Shown: in pieces, positions 50,701 to 63,341 of the stretch
Position numbering within the stretch: the stretch's first letter is position 1
Layout: every line of letters begins with the position of its first letter
NCBI GenBank assembly: GCA_052327205.1
Contig: CM126220.1
Span: 30,628,001-30,692,000, forward strand
Origin: Somniosus microcephalus
Lineage: Eukaryota
Direction of reading: 5' to 3'
Length of the DNA stretch: 64,000 bases
The notes under the pieces: generated by a model
Seen by the model: only the letters and a program-made list of their open reading frames with translations
Databases searched by the model: none
What the model was told of the DNA's origin: nothing
Made by a program: the position numbers and the translations under genes

Positions 50701-51984
50701 GGCTCTTGCTGGGAATGAGTCAACCAATCCGGCATGAGGTGGGAATGGGTTAAACAATCCGGCAGGAGCTGGGAATGAGTCAAACAATCTGGCATGTGCT
50801 GGGAATGAGTCAAACAATCCGGCATGACCTGGGAATGGGTCAAACAGCCCGGGAGTAGCTGGGAATGAGTCAAACAATCCGGCATGAGCTGGGAATGGAC
50901 GAAACACCTCGGCATGAGTTGAGAATGGGTCAAACACCCTGGCATAATCTGGGAATGGTTCAAACACCCTGGCATAATCTGGGAACGAGTCAAACAATCC
51001 GGCATGAGCTGGGAATGGATGAAACACCTCGGCATGAGTTGAGAATGGGTCAAACACCCTGGCATAATCTGGGAATGGTTCAAACACCCTGGCATAATCT
51101 GGGAATGAGTCAAACAATCTGGCATGAGCTGGGAATGGGTCAAAAACCCCAGCATGAGCTGGGAGTGGGTCCAACATGCCAACATGATTTGGGATTGGGT
51201 CAAACAACCCGGCATGAGCTGGGAATCAGTGAGGCACCCCGGCATAATCTGGAAATGAGTCAAACAATCCGGGAATAGCTGGGAATTGGTCAAATACCCA
51301 GGCACGAGCTGGGAATGGGTCAAACAATCCAGCATGAGCTGGGAATGGGTCAAACACCCCGGCATCAGCTGGGAATGAGTCAAATAATTCAGCATGAGCT
51401 GTGAGTGGGTCAAACACCTGATATGAATCCTTAGTTTGTCAAACATCTTGATATGAGCTGAGGTTGAATTGAGCATGCTGGCATGAGCTGGACTTTAGTC
51501 AAACCCCTTGGCCTAGTTGGGAGTAAATCAAACATCATAACTTGATCTTAGATTGAGCCAAATATGCAGGCATGAGCTGGGAGTTAGTCAAATACCTGGC
51601 ATTAACTGGGAGGGGATTAAACAATTTCAGCATGAACTGGGAGTGAATCCAACATCTGAGTATTGAAAGGCAAGTTTTAAATATTTTGCATTGTACGGCA
51701 ATAGTTCAGTTACAATGCTCATATCAGAGTGCAATTATAGCTATTACAGCTTATAAAAAAATAAAAGTTGGCTGCAAAATCTCAAATAATCAAGTAAAAC
51801 TCACAACAGGCTATACAGCAAATACCTTACATGCACATGACATCATAGCAACCTATCACCTTCATCTATATCCGTAACAAAAAAATCTATTAAAACAGAG
51901 AATAATGGATACCTGAGGTGATCATTGAAGGGGGAATATGAACCATTATATTATATATATATACAGCAAGAATGAAGCTCAACC

Positions 51985-53650
51985 ACATAAAACAGCGACC
52001 TGAACCCTTGAATTACATTCCAGTCTGTAACTCATTCCCAGTATATTCCATTATACTATATATAAACAATCCAACCCCTCACTTAGACTCCAGCCTGTAA
52101 CCCACTCCCAGCTATGCACTATACTTTCACTAAAACACAATGGGCTGCCCATTCACTATCGTCTCTTTTGTGCTACTGTCAAAGATCAATTGCACCTACA
52201 GGAACTTTGGCCTCAATAACCTGGAAATTGGGCCATGGGCATTTCTGGGCGCAAGCGGAATGTAGTTCATCCTCCCCGCACCTGAATGGTGAGGTCCGAA
52301 GCTCTCCAGATATTGGACCTCGGGCCCGATGGTGAAGACGACTCCAAGTTAGGGCTGCTGCTAGCGTCAAAGCATCCCTCAGGTAAGTGTTGTCGGGGAT
52401 AGGGATGGAGGGGTCGGTGTCAGGGGTCACGGGGGTCAGGTTGGGAGCAGAGGAGAGATTGGGGTTGTCGGGAGCAGTGACGATGGGTTGCGGGAGAATG
52501 GATTGAGAGTGCAAATCAAGTCCTTTAATGTGCATATGCATAGGTCCTAATGCCTGTTTCAAGCATGGGTAAAGGAGACCTCTTCCTTGTTCCTACCCAA
52601 TATGGCAGACGGCACATTTCCAGATGGAAACTTGCGCATGCTTCGTGCCTGCCATATTTGGTGCTGCACGGACCAATGTCTAGGCCAGCATGTTGGGGTT
52701 GATGCCAAGATTTGCTGATAGTGTCCGCCCCTCACTCCCCAGCCTAAGGTTTCTCACTCCTCTCCTGAGCAGAGAGTCAGTTTGGCCTTGGATGTAATTT
52801 AATGTCATTTTCAAAGTTACTCAGATAATCATCTCGTTCACAGTACAGTCTGACTAGGAGTACTCAATGAGATGCAGAGTCTGGTGCATGCTCAGGCCTC
52901 ACTGATGCCTACTGATGAATGTTAAAATGCTGGGTACAGCCCGCACTGTCAGGCTCTACCTCACTTGCACCTATTTCCATTTTTATTTTTCACTTGTGTG
53001 AATTATCTCTCCACTGGGGAGGAGAGAAATCATTCACTCCTGTAAAATAAATAGAGCTCCTGGTGATTGTAACAGGGTTACTGGGGAGTTTTAGTGGCTC
53101 TTACCTCCCCTCTTAAACAGCATTTGCTGAGCACTGCTTTTGTCTGGAGGTGTGTGAGATTTGAAAGCTTTGCTACAAAGACACTAATGAATTCTTCTGT
53201 CTGTACCCAAGTGTTCAGTGAGGTTTACTTCACACCTGGAAAAAAATCACCCACAGTAGACAAGACTGCAATCACAGTGAGAGGTTGAGGTGACATCAAT
53301 CTATTCTATATATAAACTATCCGAGCACTTTGATTAGATTCCAGCTGGTAACTCATTCCCAAACAACGTTATTCTATATATAAACCATACAAACTCTTCC
53401 ACCAGATTCCAGCCTGTTATTCCTCCTGGGTATCTATTATTCGATATATAAACCATCCAAACCCCTCAATTACATCCCAGCCTGTAACTCATTATCTGTT
53501 ATTTGGCATAAACCATCAGAACCCCTCAATCACATTCCAGCCTGTAATGCACTCCTGGATACTTGTTATTCTGCACATTAAATCATCCAGGCCCTTTTAT
53601 TGGATAACACTCGTTCTGTTACTCACCATCAAGTGCCTGTTATACTATTT
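51985..53650. repeat. Degenerate ~65-bp tandem repeat (ATATAAACCATCC..CCCCTC..ATTCCAGCCTGTAACTCA), split by unrelated DNA at ~52115-53300
   Basis: Units at 51985-52112 and 53300-53650; a MITE-like GC-rich segment at ~52220-52690 lies between them. Confidence 0.7.
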
Positions 53651-54089
53651 CTAAACCATTCAAATCCATCAATCAGTTTTAAGAACAGATTAATTGAATC
53701 AGATAAAAGCACTGCAAAGTTGTCTCACCAATTACTTCCTGGCCTCTGCTTCCTTCTCCCTACCCACTGCATTTTAATGTTATCCCCCACTGTGCAGCTT
53801 ACCATTGTCCCCGCACAAACTTTCTTCTCTCTATATATTCCCACAGGACCAGACATTCCGACTGCAGGCACCACTATAGGAATCTCTGGCTATTGTACAA
53901 TTGTGTAGGAATCATGTCTGCTAGGTGATAGTTACTGCCGGCAGGAAAAATGACTGGCAATGGGAATATAGGAACAGGAGCAGGTTGTTTGATCCAAGAA
54001 ACTTGTTCCACCATTTTGTTAGCCAAGGCAGTTCTATCTTTTTCATTTCAGTAGCCCTTGCCTTTTCTCCACACCCCTTAATACCTTTA

Positions 54090-54390
54090 CAACAGCAACT
54101 TGCATTGACATAGCACCTTTAACATAGTAAAAACATCCAAAGGTGCTTCACAGGAGCGTTATCAGGCAAACTTTAACACCAAGTCACATAAATAGATATT
54201 AGGACAGGTGATCAAAAGCTTGAACAAAGAGGTAGGCTTTAAGGAGCGACCTGAAGGAGAGAGGTAGCAAGGCGGAGAGGTTTAGGGAGGGAGTTCCAGG
54301 GCTTAGGGCCTCGGCAGCTGAAGGCATAGTGGAGTGATGAAAATAAAGGATGCACGAGAGGCCAGAATTGGAGGAGCACAGCGATCTTTC
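54090..54390 (-). mobile_element. L2 LINE/SINE 3' end
   Basis: Reverse complement of the family at 56940-57240. Confidence 0.85.
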
Positions 54391-55124
54391 GAAGCATTTA
54401 CCTATCACCCCATCTACTGCATGTTGTCATGTTGAGAGATTATTACTAGGTGTAAAAAGAGGTTATTTGTCCCATGGTGTGTATGCCAGAACTATCTACT
54501 CAAATCCCATTTCCCTGCTCTTTCCCTTAAAGGGTATAGGAGGATCATTGGTGCTTCCCCTGACCTCACAAAAGCCATTGGCAGACCTGTTTTTTTAGGT
54601 TTATCTGAATGGTCTGCCATTGTCCCTTTAAGGACTGCTTGTTCAGCTACTCAACATTCAACTTCAGAGTGGAGCGTGTAACTGCGCCCATTGGAAGACC
54701 AAAATTGCATTGGGTCCTAAATAATTTAATAAATAATAATAAAGCAGGGTCCCACCCTCTTTGGGTGGGAATGCTGGATGCCTACTTTGAGGCCTGCTCA
54801 AAAATTGCATCGGGTGGATCTCAAGTGTGAATCAGTGCAAAGTTTTTTTTAAATTTGATTTGCTATCATTACATTCACATGGAAAAACGAGGGCAGGCAG
54901 GCGAAAATCTCTCTCGCTGTCTCGAAGTAATGATTCATTGTAATTTGGGCGGCACCCAGACTGGTCTGCAAATTAAAGTAGTGCTGTGGACTCCAGGCAC
55001 TGTACCATCGTGTGATAAGTTGCATGCTTACCAATGCTGTTTAATTGTAACAGAGCAAGCCATTAAATTGAAGTTTTCAGGATTACAAAGGGAAAGCTGG
55101 TTAAAGCAACTTATTCCCTATTAT

Positions 55125-55400
55125 TCAACGGTTCAAACACCAGGGAACACAAGTTACAAATTAGGAGCAAGAATGGAAGTCAGGCAGAACTTCTACACCC
55201 AAAAGATAAGGCAGTTGTAGAATAAATTACTGAGGGACGACATTACAGCAGACAGTATAAATGGGTTCAAGAAGCAATTAGATGTTTTTATTGAGAGAGA
55301 AGGGTTTGAGATATACTGTGAGTCGGTGGGTCATGGAGGTTGAGCTATCAAAAAGGAATGTGATAGTTGGATCTAATAGCCTTTTCCTGTTCCTAAAAGT
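55125..55400 (+). mobile_element. Old CR1 3' remnant
   Basis: TPGNTSYKL..RQNFYTQ; ttcaagaagcaattagatg. Confidence 0.6.
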
Positions 55401-55611
55401 CACTTATATTCTGGTAGACTGGCGCATCTGAAAATGTTTGTACCAAAATGATGGTAAAATAGAGGAATAAGTTGCACAGAAATGCAGTTTATGCATTGAG
55501 ATTTACCATAGGTACTCCTGTGCAACATACTAATGTTAGACCAACCTGTTCCCGACTAGTGTCCGTCAATCTGGCAGGGTACGTATGATTCACAATAACT
55601 GCACAGAGTCC

Positions 55612-55750
55612 CTCACTGTGTGACTGTATGGAGTTCCAGTTGATTCATCAGGGTAAGGGTTATTCATTGTGCAACTGTATGGAGTTCGTATTTATTTAGC
55701 AGGGTTAAGGATTATTCACTGTGCAACTGGAGTTCCAGCTTATTCAGAAG
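55612..55750. repeat. ~52-bp degenerate tandem repeat (about 3 units)
   Basis: cactgtgcaactgtatggagttc..cagggtaaggg.ttatt repeated. Confidence 0.6.
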
Positions 55751-56579
55751 TGGCAGCGTTAAGGGATAGATTGCATTTGTATGTATTATTCTGACTGTAC
55801 AATAAGGACCATTCTGGTTACGTGAACTTACTGTGAAATAATACTTTATCTCCTTTCTGAGATGAACCTGAATTTTGATTATGGAATTACATATTTCCAT
55901 TGATGGCTGAGGGTGCTGGGATTTTTTTTTAAATATTCTATTTCTATTGAGAAATTGCAGTGTGATTTTAAATGTAGTTAGAATGCATTGGGCAGCCTCG
56001 CCTGCAGTCTGTTACTGGTACTTTAATACTCTGTGCATCAAACAGCTTCCGGATCAGAACAGGGAAGCCTGATTTGACTTTTTTGGGGGGAAAATGATGA
56101 TTTCTCATTTGTTCTGGGCAGAGGTGCACTCACGATAAGACATAGGCATGGACCATGGGCAAATGGTCATGGGGCAAGGATCATGGGGCAAGGGTCATGG
56201 GGCCATCAGGTAGCGTGATGGGGTTAGAGACTTTGCATTTGATTTTTAAAAAATCTTTTCCCCCCTTTTCTTCCTCCTCTCCTGAAAATGCTGAGTCTTC
56301 CTGGGTTACAGCTCCACATGCAGTCCGCCGATCCAACACCCACGTGGTGAGCCCTGACAGTGGTGTCAACAGGACTTTCAATTGTTGGCGCCATCACAGC
56401 CGAGCCTGACCCTATCCTTGCCCAACAATAACACACACGCACTTTGCAATGGGGATCAATTGGTAGTGATCAGCAACGTGATCTCCCTCAATCTTTCTCC
56501 TGCCTAGACCAGCAGATCTTGAGGTCAATTGTAAGGCCACAACTACCACCCCAGCAGAGATCAGATCGATCAGCAAATA

Positions 56580-57245
56580 TCAGGGACAGGATCGTTCTTG
56601 TCATAACATCGTCCGTCTCTGCCCCACCTCAGCTCCTCTGCTGCTGAAACCCTCAGCTGTGCCTTTCTTCCCTCTAGTCTTGTCTATTCCAATGCACTCC
56701 TGGCCGGCCTCCCACCTCGCACCAACCCTACTTGAGCTCATCCAAAACTCTGCTGCCCATATCCTAACTCGCACTGAGTCCCGTTCACCCTTCACCCCTG
56801 TGCTCGCTGACCTACATTGGCTCCTGACTCAGCGACATCTCAATTTTAAAATTCTCATTCTGGTTTCCAATTCCCTCCAATGGCCTCGCTCCACCCTGTC
56901 TCTGTTAGCTCCTCCAGTCCTACAACCCTCCGAGATCTCTGCGCTCCTCCAGTTCTGGCCTCTTGCGCATCCCCGATTTTCATCGCTCCACCATTGGCGG
57001 CTGTGCCTTTAGCTGCCTAGGCCCCAAGCTCTGGAATTCCCTCCCTAAACCTCTCCACTTCTCTACCTCGCCTCCTGTTAAGAGACTCCTTAAAACCTAC
57101 CTCTTTGACCAAGCTTTTGGTCACCTGTCCTAATATATCCTTATGTGGCTTGGTGTCAAATTTTATTTGATTACGCTCCTGTGAAGCGCCTTGGGACATG
57201 TTACTATGTTAAAGGCGCTCTATAAATGCAAGTTGTTGTTGCTGT
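56580..57245 (+). mobile_element. L2 LINE 3' end inserted in an ancient SINE-like copy
   Basis: LELIQNSAAHILTRT..TPVLADLHWL..FKILILV; tail ggcgctctataaatgcaagttgttg. Confidence 0.9.
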
Positions 57246-57889
57246 TGTCTGTGTGGCTTGGTACGCACTGGGCAGCACATTTCCCAACTGAGCCATCAGA
57301 GGAATATGAAATGCCTTCTTGGAACAAATGACGGTTTATTCTTGCAGTTCATTTACCAGCAATTAGGTTGGTGCATATTCTATTAAGACGCACCCGGCAC
57401 AAGCGCAGGGTAAGTGCGAGACCTCACTGCAAGCACCTAATGCAATTGATTGCTGCGTGCAATCAGTTTATCTCATTAGTTATGCGATTCTCCACTCCAT
57501 TCGCTCTCATATCCAGAATGTAAATGGCATATCAAGGAATGTGACATCACTGGAGTGATTTGAATAATAACCAAATGCTTTTTCTAGTGCGGCTGTGTTT
57601 AAAGATCACATGTAAATCAAATGTCAGGGGGGGGAAAAATTGCTTTTTAGGCTGTCAGGAAAACAATTTAGCATCAGTTAGAGGTGACTGTTGGTAGCTG
57701 TCTGAATTATGCAAATGAAATCTCACGGCAGTCAGTCCGAGCCCCTCGTTTGCGAAAGGAAACAGTAACGTTCTTTAACCCCTGAGTAACCTTGCATCGG
57801 CAGACAGTCCACGTAAGATTGACACAGATGTCCCAGCTGCCAATCCAGACATTTTTGTGTTGATCTCACTGTTTTGCTCTGTAGTAGAG

Positions 57890-57977
57890 ATCCCCCCCCG
57901 ATCCCCATCCCCCCCCACCGATCCCCATCCCCCCCCCATCCCCACCATCCCCCCCCCATCCCCCACCGCCCCGCCCC
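57890..57977. repeat. C-rich (CCCCATCC)n low-complexity tract
   Basis: Repeated C runs separated by AT/AC; G-quadruplex-capable on the minus strand. Confidence 0.85.
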
Positions 57978-58019
57978 GTTTTCCCCTCCTCCATTTTTGA
58001 AGGCAGGAACGGTTTCCTG

Positions 58020-58195
58020 TTCCTGTTAAAAGGATTTGATCGGGTAAACAGAGAGAACCTATTTCCTTTGGTGGGGGAGTCCAGAACAAGGGGGGTGCAT
58101 AAGCTTAAAATTAGAGCTAGGCCTTTCAGGGGTGATGTCAGAAAGTACTTCTTCATACAAAGGGTAGTGGAAATCTGGAACTCTCTCCTCCAAGG
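58020..58195 (+). mobile_element. CR1 fragment
   Basis: GFDRVNRENLFPLVGESRTRG..FFIQRVVEIWNSLL. Confidence 0.8.
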
Positions 58196-58339
58196 CTAGG
58201 ACAATTGACCACCCTCCCAGCTTCTGCCGGGCAGGTAAGATTATAATCACCCCCTCGAGTGTTTGCTTTACTTGTTTCGCTATGTTGTGTCATTCACTGG
58301 TAAATTCTATTGATATTGATGGCTCCGTTACAAAATTAT

Positions 58340-58990
58340 GGGGTAGAAATTGGCTTGTGTTGCGCCTCTTTATTGGGTGTAAAACAGGCTCATCGAATGG
58401 CGGAGCAGGCTCGAGGGGCCGAATGGCCTACTCCTGCTCCTATCTTCTATGTTTCTATGTTTCTATGGGGTGGCCTGTGCCCAGTCTTCGCAGATGTTCG
58501 GCCCACGGCTAACTACTTTAGGTGTTCCTGGCCTTAGGCCCCTTGCATATGTTAATTCGGGGCCTAATGCGTGTTGAAGTACAGTACCTCTGTGCCAAAT
58601 TGAGCTGCGCTGAGCAGAGCCAGCTACGGGCATGCTCCGCTCAGGTTTTCCAGGCATCATATGGCCTAGAAAATGGCTGCCACTGAAAAGGTAAGTGCAT
58701 TTTTTTTTAAACTTTTAATGTGGAGGAGCAGAAGTGCTCCTCCTGGCTCCACAGTACTCCTGCTGGCTGCGATCGGCGCTGAACACCCCACCCCCTGCCA
58801 GGGACTATCCTGAGGGCCGCTGCCGGCAATGTAGACGGCCCAAAATCGAACTCTTCCCTTGGTCGAGCTGCCTGTGTTGGCGCGATGCACACTGGCCGCT
58901 TGCCCCGAATATGTAGATGAGGCCTGAGGTCCAATTTGGGTGCACACTGCTCCCCTAACAAAAATCTGTCTCTGCTGGTCAATTTGCCTT
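58340..58990. mobile_element. MITE-like element containing a CR1 tail (58391-58467)
   Basis: Starts GGGGTAGAAATTG (resembles the Harbinger TIR); the inserted tail is nearly identical to 42050-42111. Confidence 0.55.
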
Positions 58991-60394
58991 TCCATTACAG
59001 ATTGTAATACAATCTGTGTAAACAAAAAAAAGTTCATTTATGTTGGTCTTTCAAATGCTTCGACATTTCAATCTACCTTCCAGGGCATGAGCCATCCTCT
59101 TGGAGGGCAGTGCACAGGCAGCTTTGAGAAATATGTGGAACCAATTCTTAGGAGCTAATGTCTAAGAAGGATGACAGAGAGCTGAAGTATGTCAGTGGAG
59201 GAATTGAGCCCCAAAGGGAAGGACCCTCCAGAGAGCTACCTGTGACAGGGGCAAGTCATAGAAGGAAGTACAGCAGACAAGGGTTGGATCCTTCACCCAC
59301 ACTCAGTGATATCGACAGACAAGGAGTGCTCCTGGAACACAGGGTTGTGAGCATGAGATTGTTACACTGTAGGCTGCAGCTGTTGCACAGTTATAGTTCA
59401 AATTACATTGCTTCCTGCATCAGGTTGGGCACAGTTAGCTGAGCAGGATGATTGCAGGGAATCTATTGACTACACTGGTCCACAATCAATACCTTCGATC
59501 ATCCAGTGAGAGATTTCACCACAGGTTCATTTGTAGACCAGCTGGGTGGGATTAAGGTGGCAGCCACAGCTACCACGATACTTGTTCCAATGTCCTCTCT
59601 GGATCTTCATCATCCATCGAATCAATTTTCCAATGCTTCTTGATATTAACACTACCATTAGTGGTAAATTAAGCTGTGATTCTAATGTCTTTTACTTCAT
59701 TTTGTCTCCATTGCCTTTTTTATGTTGATGTAGGCCATGAGAAAACATTTTAGATTCTAAAGTAGTCCAAACATTGCACAATGCTCCATCCTTCCTTGCA
59801 AGGCTAGCACTTCCTGTTTCTGGAAGGTTCTAGCTTACATGATGGTCCTTTTTCCTTATAGTTGATTTTGTCTAACTTATGTACGTAGATGATAGCTTAC
59901 TCGATTGATGATTAATCCTTTAAACATGTTGCACATCGTGAAAATTGTTGAAGCTCTATGTTTTGCAGGCATCTTGAAGATCATCAGCAATTGTATAGAG
60001 TTATGGCAGGTCTCAGGATAACTGATCCAATTGGAGTTGCAAGGATACTCCAGGTGTGTTTTAGGTATGGGAACCAATGAAGAAAGCAGTGAGGGCTCTG
60101 GCGAAGGTAATAATTGTGGAAGGAGACGCTGATGGGAGATTGCTGGACTTGCAGCTGGGTTGGTTGGGGTTATGAGAAACGGCATGGGGACTGATAAAAG
60201 GGCAATGACAGCATTGGGAATTACAACGAAAATCCTAGGGAGCCTGAAAGAGGCAGAGACGTTGGCATATTCAGAAGCAGCACTAGTCCTGGTGATACAT
60301 CATTGAACTTCCTCAGTAAGGGCAAAAAAGGCAGAGTCTTAGAGAGACACATGGGGAAGGAGAATTAGGGATTGGGTGGTGAGCAGATTAGGCA

Positions 60395-60700
60395 ATGCCC
60401 TTTCACTTCTACAACCAAGTTCAAATCCAGCCCAGACTGATTGAAAGTTGCCTCTGTCTGCTGGCTTTAAGGGCCCTATGTGAAATGAGTCTTAATTCAA
60501 TTCCTCATGGACATTGGCCCACAGCCTGAAATGCCTCTAATTCGACATTAATTGGCAATCTCATCGGTGAGGCTACCGGAGGGCTGAGGTGGGAAGGTAC
60601 CCTTCTGAGGCTCAGGCTGAGGCGCATTGTTAGGACAACGTAGACAGAGCTTCGGTCTGCAGCTGACCCATGTTGTATTTGATGTGGCAATGCTTGGTGG
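60395..60700 (+). mobile_element. LF-SINE-like element
   Basis: Ordered blocks aatccagcccag, cctatgtgaaatgagt, ttcctcatggaca, taattggcaatctca, ctgaggcgcattg match my recollection of the LF-SINE consensus. Confidence 0.65.
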
Positions 60701-62924
60701 GGCTGGGCGGAGGGAGTTCTACTCTTCATTTAACCTCCTGCTGTAAACGCTTGATCCAGACACCAGGTGCAGAAAACGCGAAGGGAAAGGAATGGATGTG
60801 ACGGAATGCAGTGAAGGTGCAACAGCCTGGTCTGATCACAATCAGCATGCCTTCTCACGCTAATGTCATAATCGGCGATTAAAGAAAATGTTTCGTTTTC
60901 TTCAGATGAACATTAACTGTGAAGCATCATTCAAATTCATCATTGGAGACCAACCGCACTCTGTCAGTGCGTTGAATTACATGGCACTGTGGTTTTTTTC
61001 CCCCTCTCTTCCCCCCCCCTTGAAAAGAAGAGAATGCAGAACAATATGTAAATGGTGCAGGGAGGGAAGAAGCAGCGAGATGGGTCCGCGGCATTTAGTA
61101 TTCAGGTGCTGTTACCAGAAGCCAATTAATCAGCCCGGTGGCAGGAGCGATGCGGAGAGGATGAGTTCAGCCTTCATGTTGATGAGGCTGGTCCGGGGCA
61201 AACGGTGCTGCACCTGAGCTCACAGCTAGAGATGCAGAATATGGGATCATGGGAATAGCTTCAATCCTTTGTCTTTTTGTGGAGGATGTAAAATGTCAGG
61301 CTGCGAGGGCTGGGTGCGTAATATCTACTTTAAGCAATTCAAGCAGCGGGCACTCTGCTTAACCCTTTCAAGCACACCCAATGTCATTTTTAAACTGACT
61401 CTGCACTCCTGACAGATTTCATGGTTGAAGTCCATTTAAATGTGTGTTTAATTTGTACACTTCCGCAGCACTTAACACTCAGAAGACTGGAAATTACTGT
61501 GCACGATGTTATTGTATGAAGGCTTAACACACTCGGGCATCAAGCCACTTGCTCCACTATTTTAATGGGAGCAATGACCAATTTATTTTCAAAGAGCTAA
61601 CACCTCTGTTAAAACACTGGACAAAGGAATTGAAATCTCACTGCGTATTTTCTAGACTTGTATCTTTAAACATGTCCAGGTGGGCTTAGAGATTACCCCT
61701 GATCATGATTCCTACTGACATAGTAAACACAGTGGCCCAAGAAAATCTTCCTCCATTCTGAAAAAAAGTTGGTAACATGATATTTTCCGAGTGAAGCAGT
61801 AAATATTGCTAAAATAAAAAAATAACAATTGTCAGCAGCATCAGAGAGGGAAAAGGATGCCAAGAATACAGTGATATCTGTGTTGACTTATACAGAGACT
61901 GACGGATCTTGAAAAGTGAGTTGAAAGATGGAAACGAATCAAGTTTTTTTTTAACCTGATTTAGATATAGAATACCAGTTATGGAGGAGTGAGTCACAGA
62001 ATGGAATTTCATCTGAAAAGTTCTTACCTGTCTCAGTTCCCTTCTTTCTCTCATGATCTTCAGGCTTCTGAAACTTAAGCTTGCCCTCACTTAATGTACC
62101 CCATCTTCTCTTTAGTTCTTCCCAACTTTCAGGCAACGTAAGGCCTACTTCTGGCTTTTCTGGGTGAAACATTGGATTTAGTGCAGCTTGTCAGTTAAAT
62201 GCAGTTTTTTTGTAGCGGAGTGAGGCGACCGAATTAGTCTTTTCACCTCTCGAGCCCCGATTTTAACTCGGGGCGGGAATCGGGGGCTGTGGGGCCCAAG
62301 CGTGCGGCGATCAGTCTGGACCCCCCGGAGCGTGAGGCCCCAGGGGGAATTTAGCTCCCAAGCCTAATTTGAATGTCCTGACCCTGACTCTGCCCGAATC
62401 CTGCGCGGGTGAGGTCAATGCCGGCAAGTGGGAGTGGAAAATCGTGGGGGTGGGGGGCGTTCAGACCATCGCCAGGGAACCATGGCAACGGTCCCCCCAG
62501 CAAGGTAAGTGGGGCGGGGGAGTAGGGAATCTGTAAAGTTCGTAAGCAGGGGTAAACCCGGGGCAGGGGTTCCATCTTGGAACCTTTAAAAAGTGAACGT
62601 AAAACACTTACCTGGGCCTCCTGTGGTCAGGATGCTGCCTGCTGCTGGCTTTCATTGACTGGTCAGAGGCTGTGCGGCTCTTAGTCTAACCCTAACCTGG
62701 ACAGTTAAAATGGCGTGTGCATGCCGATGATGTAATCGGGGTGCAATTTCACCATTTAAACGAAGGCCCCACTTTCCTGGGACGGGTGGCCTTCTTGTGG
62801 CTGATTTCAGGTATGTTAAGATGGTGGAGATGCATTGGGAACCTGATGTGAGCCCCCCTTTGTCATCTTAACATCCCGCCCACACTGTACTCACTGGTTA
62901 AGGGGAGTTAAAATAACTCCTTAG

Positions 62925-63200
62925 GACCTTAGTTTGAATCCAGCCCAGACAGATGAAATGAAAATCCTTCTGTCTGTTGTCGCTTCGGGTTCTATATGAA
63001 AAGAGTTTGAGGCAGCCACAACTCAGTTGCCAGTGGGCATGGGCCCAAAGCCCAAATTCAGCACCATATTGACAATCTCACTCAGAGAGATCACACGATG
63101 GCTGGTGTGTTAAGTGGTAAAATGTCACACTGGTGCAGTAGGGGATGCTCTTCTGATGTTTCAACTGCAGCATGTTATTGGGGCAGAGTAGAATGATCTT
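62925..63200 (+). mobile_element. Second LF-SINE-like element
   Basis: gaatccagcccagac..tctgtctg..ctatatgaaaagagt..gtgggcatgggccca..attgacaatctca aligns with 60420-60570. Confidence 0.6.
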
Positions 63201-63341
63201 GGGGGATCATTTTGAACTTACTGCCAGAGTGTAAAACCAGCATTGCGGGTCGGGTGCCCGTTAAAGAAACTGCCCGATTTTCCTTTCTGTCGATCGGGTG
63301 GCTTCTATAACAGGTCAGCAATAAATTAAAAATTACCCCCC
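63201..63341. mobile_element. Short MITE with 3-bp TSD (CTT)
   Basis: GGGGGATCATTTT...AAAATTACCCCC ends; CTT at 63198-63200 and 63342-63344; internal inverted repeat. Confidence 0.65.

Larger units (their letters stand above)
41085..51655. repeat. 30-bp satellite array, ~10.5 kb, roughly 350 units
   Basis: Consensus GGCATGAGCTGGGAATGAGTCAAACAATCC; the edges are more diverged than the core. Confidence 0.98.

Noticed and set aside
41085-51655. Dozens of ORFs (up to 450 aa) of MPDCLTHSQL / FDSFPAHAGL decapeptides
   Set aside because: A by-product of a 30-bp unit that lacks stops in some frames; frequent frame switches, inserted TEs and an inverted unit argue against coding.
41085-51655. CRISPR-like constant/variable alternation
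   Set aside because: The variable part is only ~7 bp and derives from one consensus; there are no unique spacers or cas genes, and the context is eukaryotic.
59158-60350. Possible host exons or a fossil transposon gene
   Set aside because: Only short ORFs, with no recognisable motif or consistent splice structure.
52380-62512. AGGTAAGT donor-like sites at ~52381, ~58689 and ~62503 as host exon ends
   Set aside because: Each lies inside a GC-rich MITE-like segment with no convincing upstream acceptor or coding frame.
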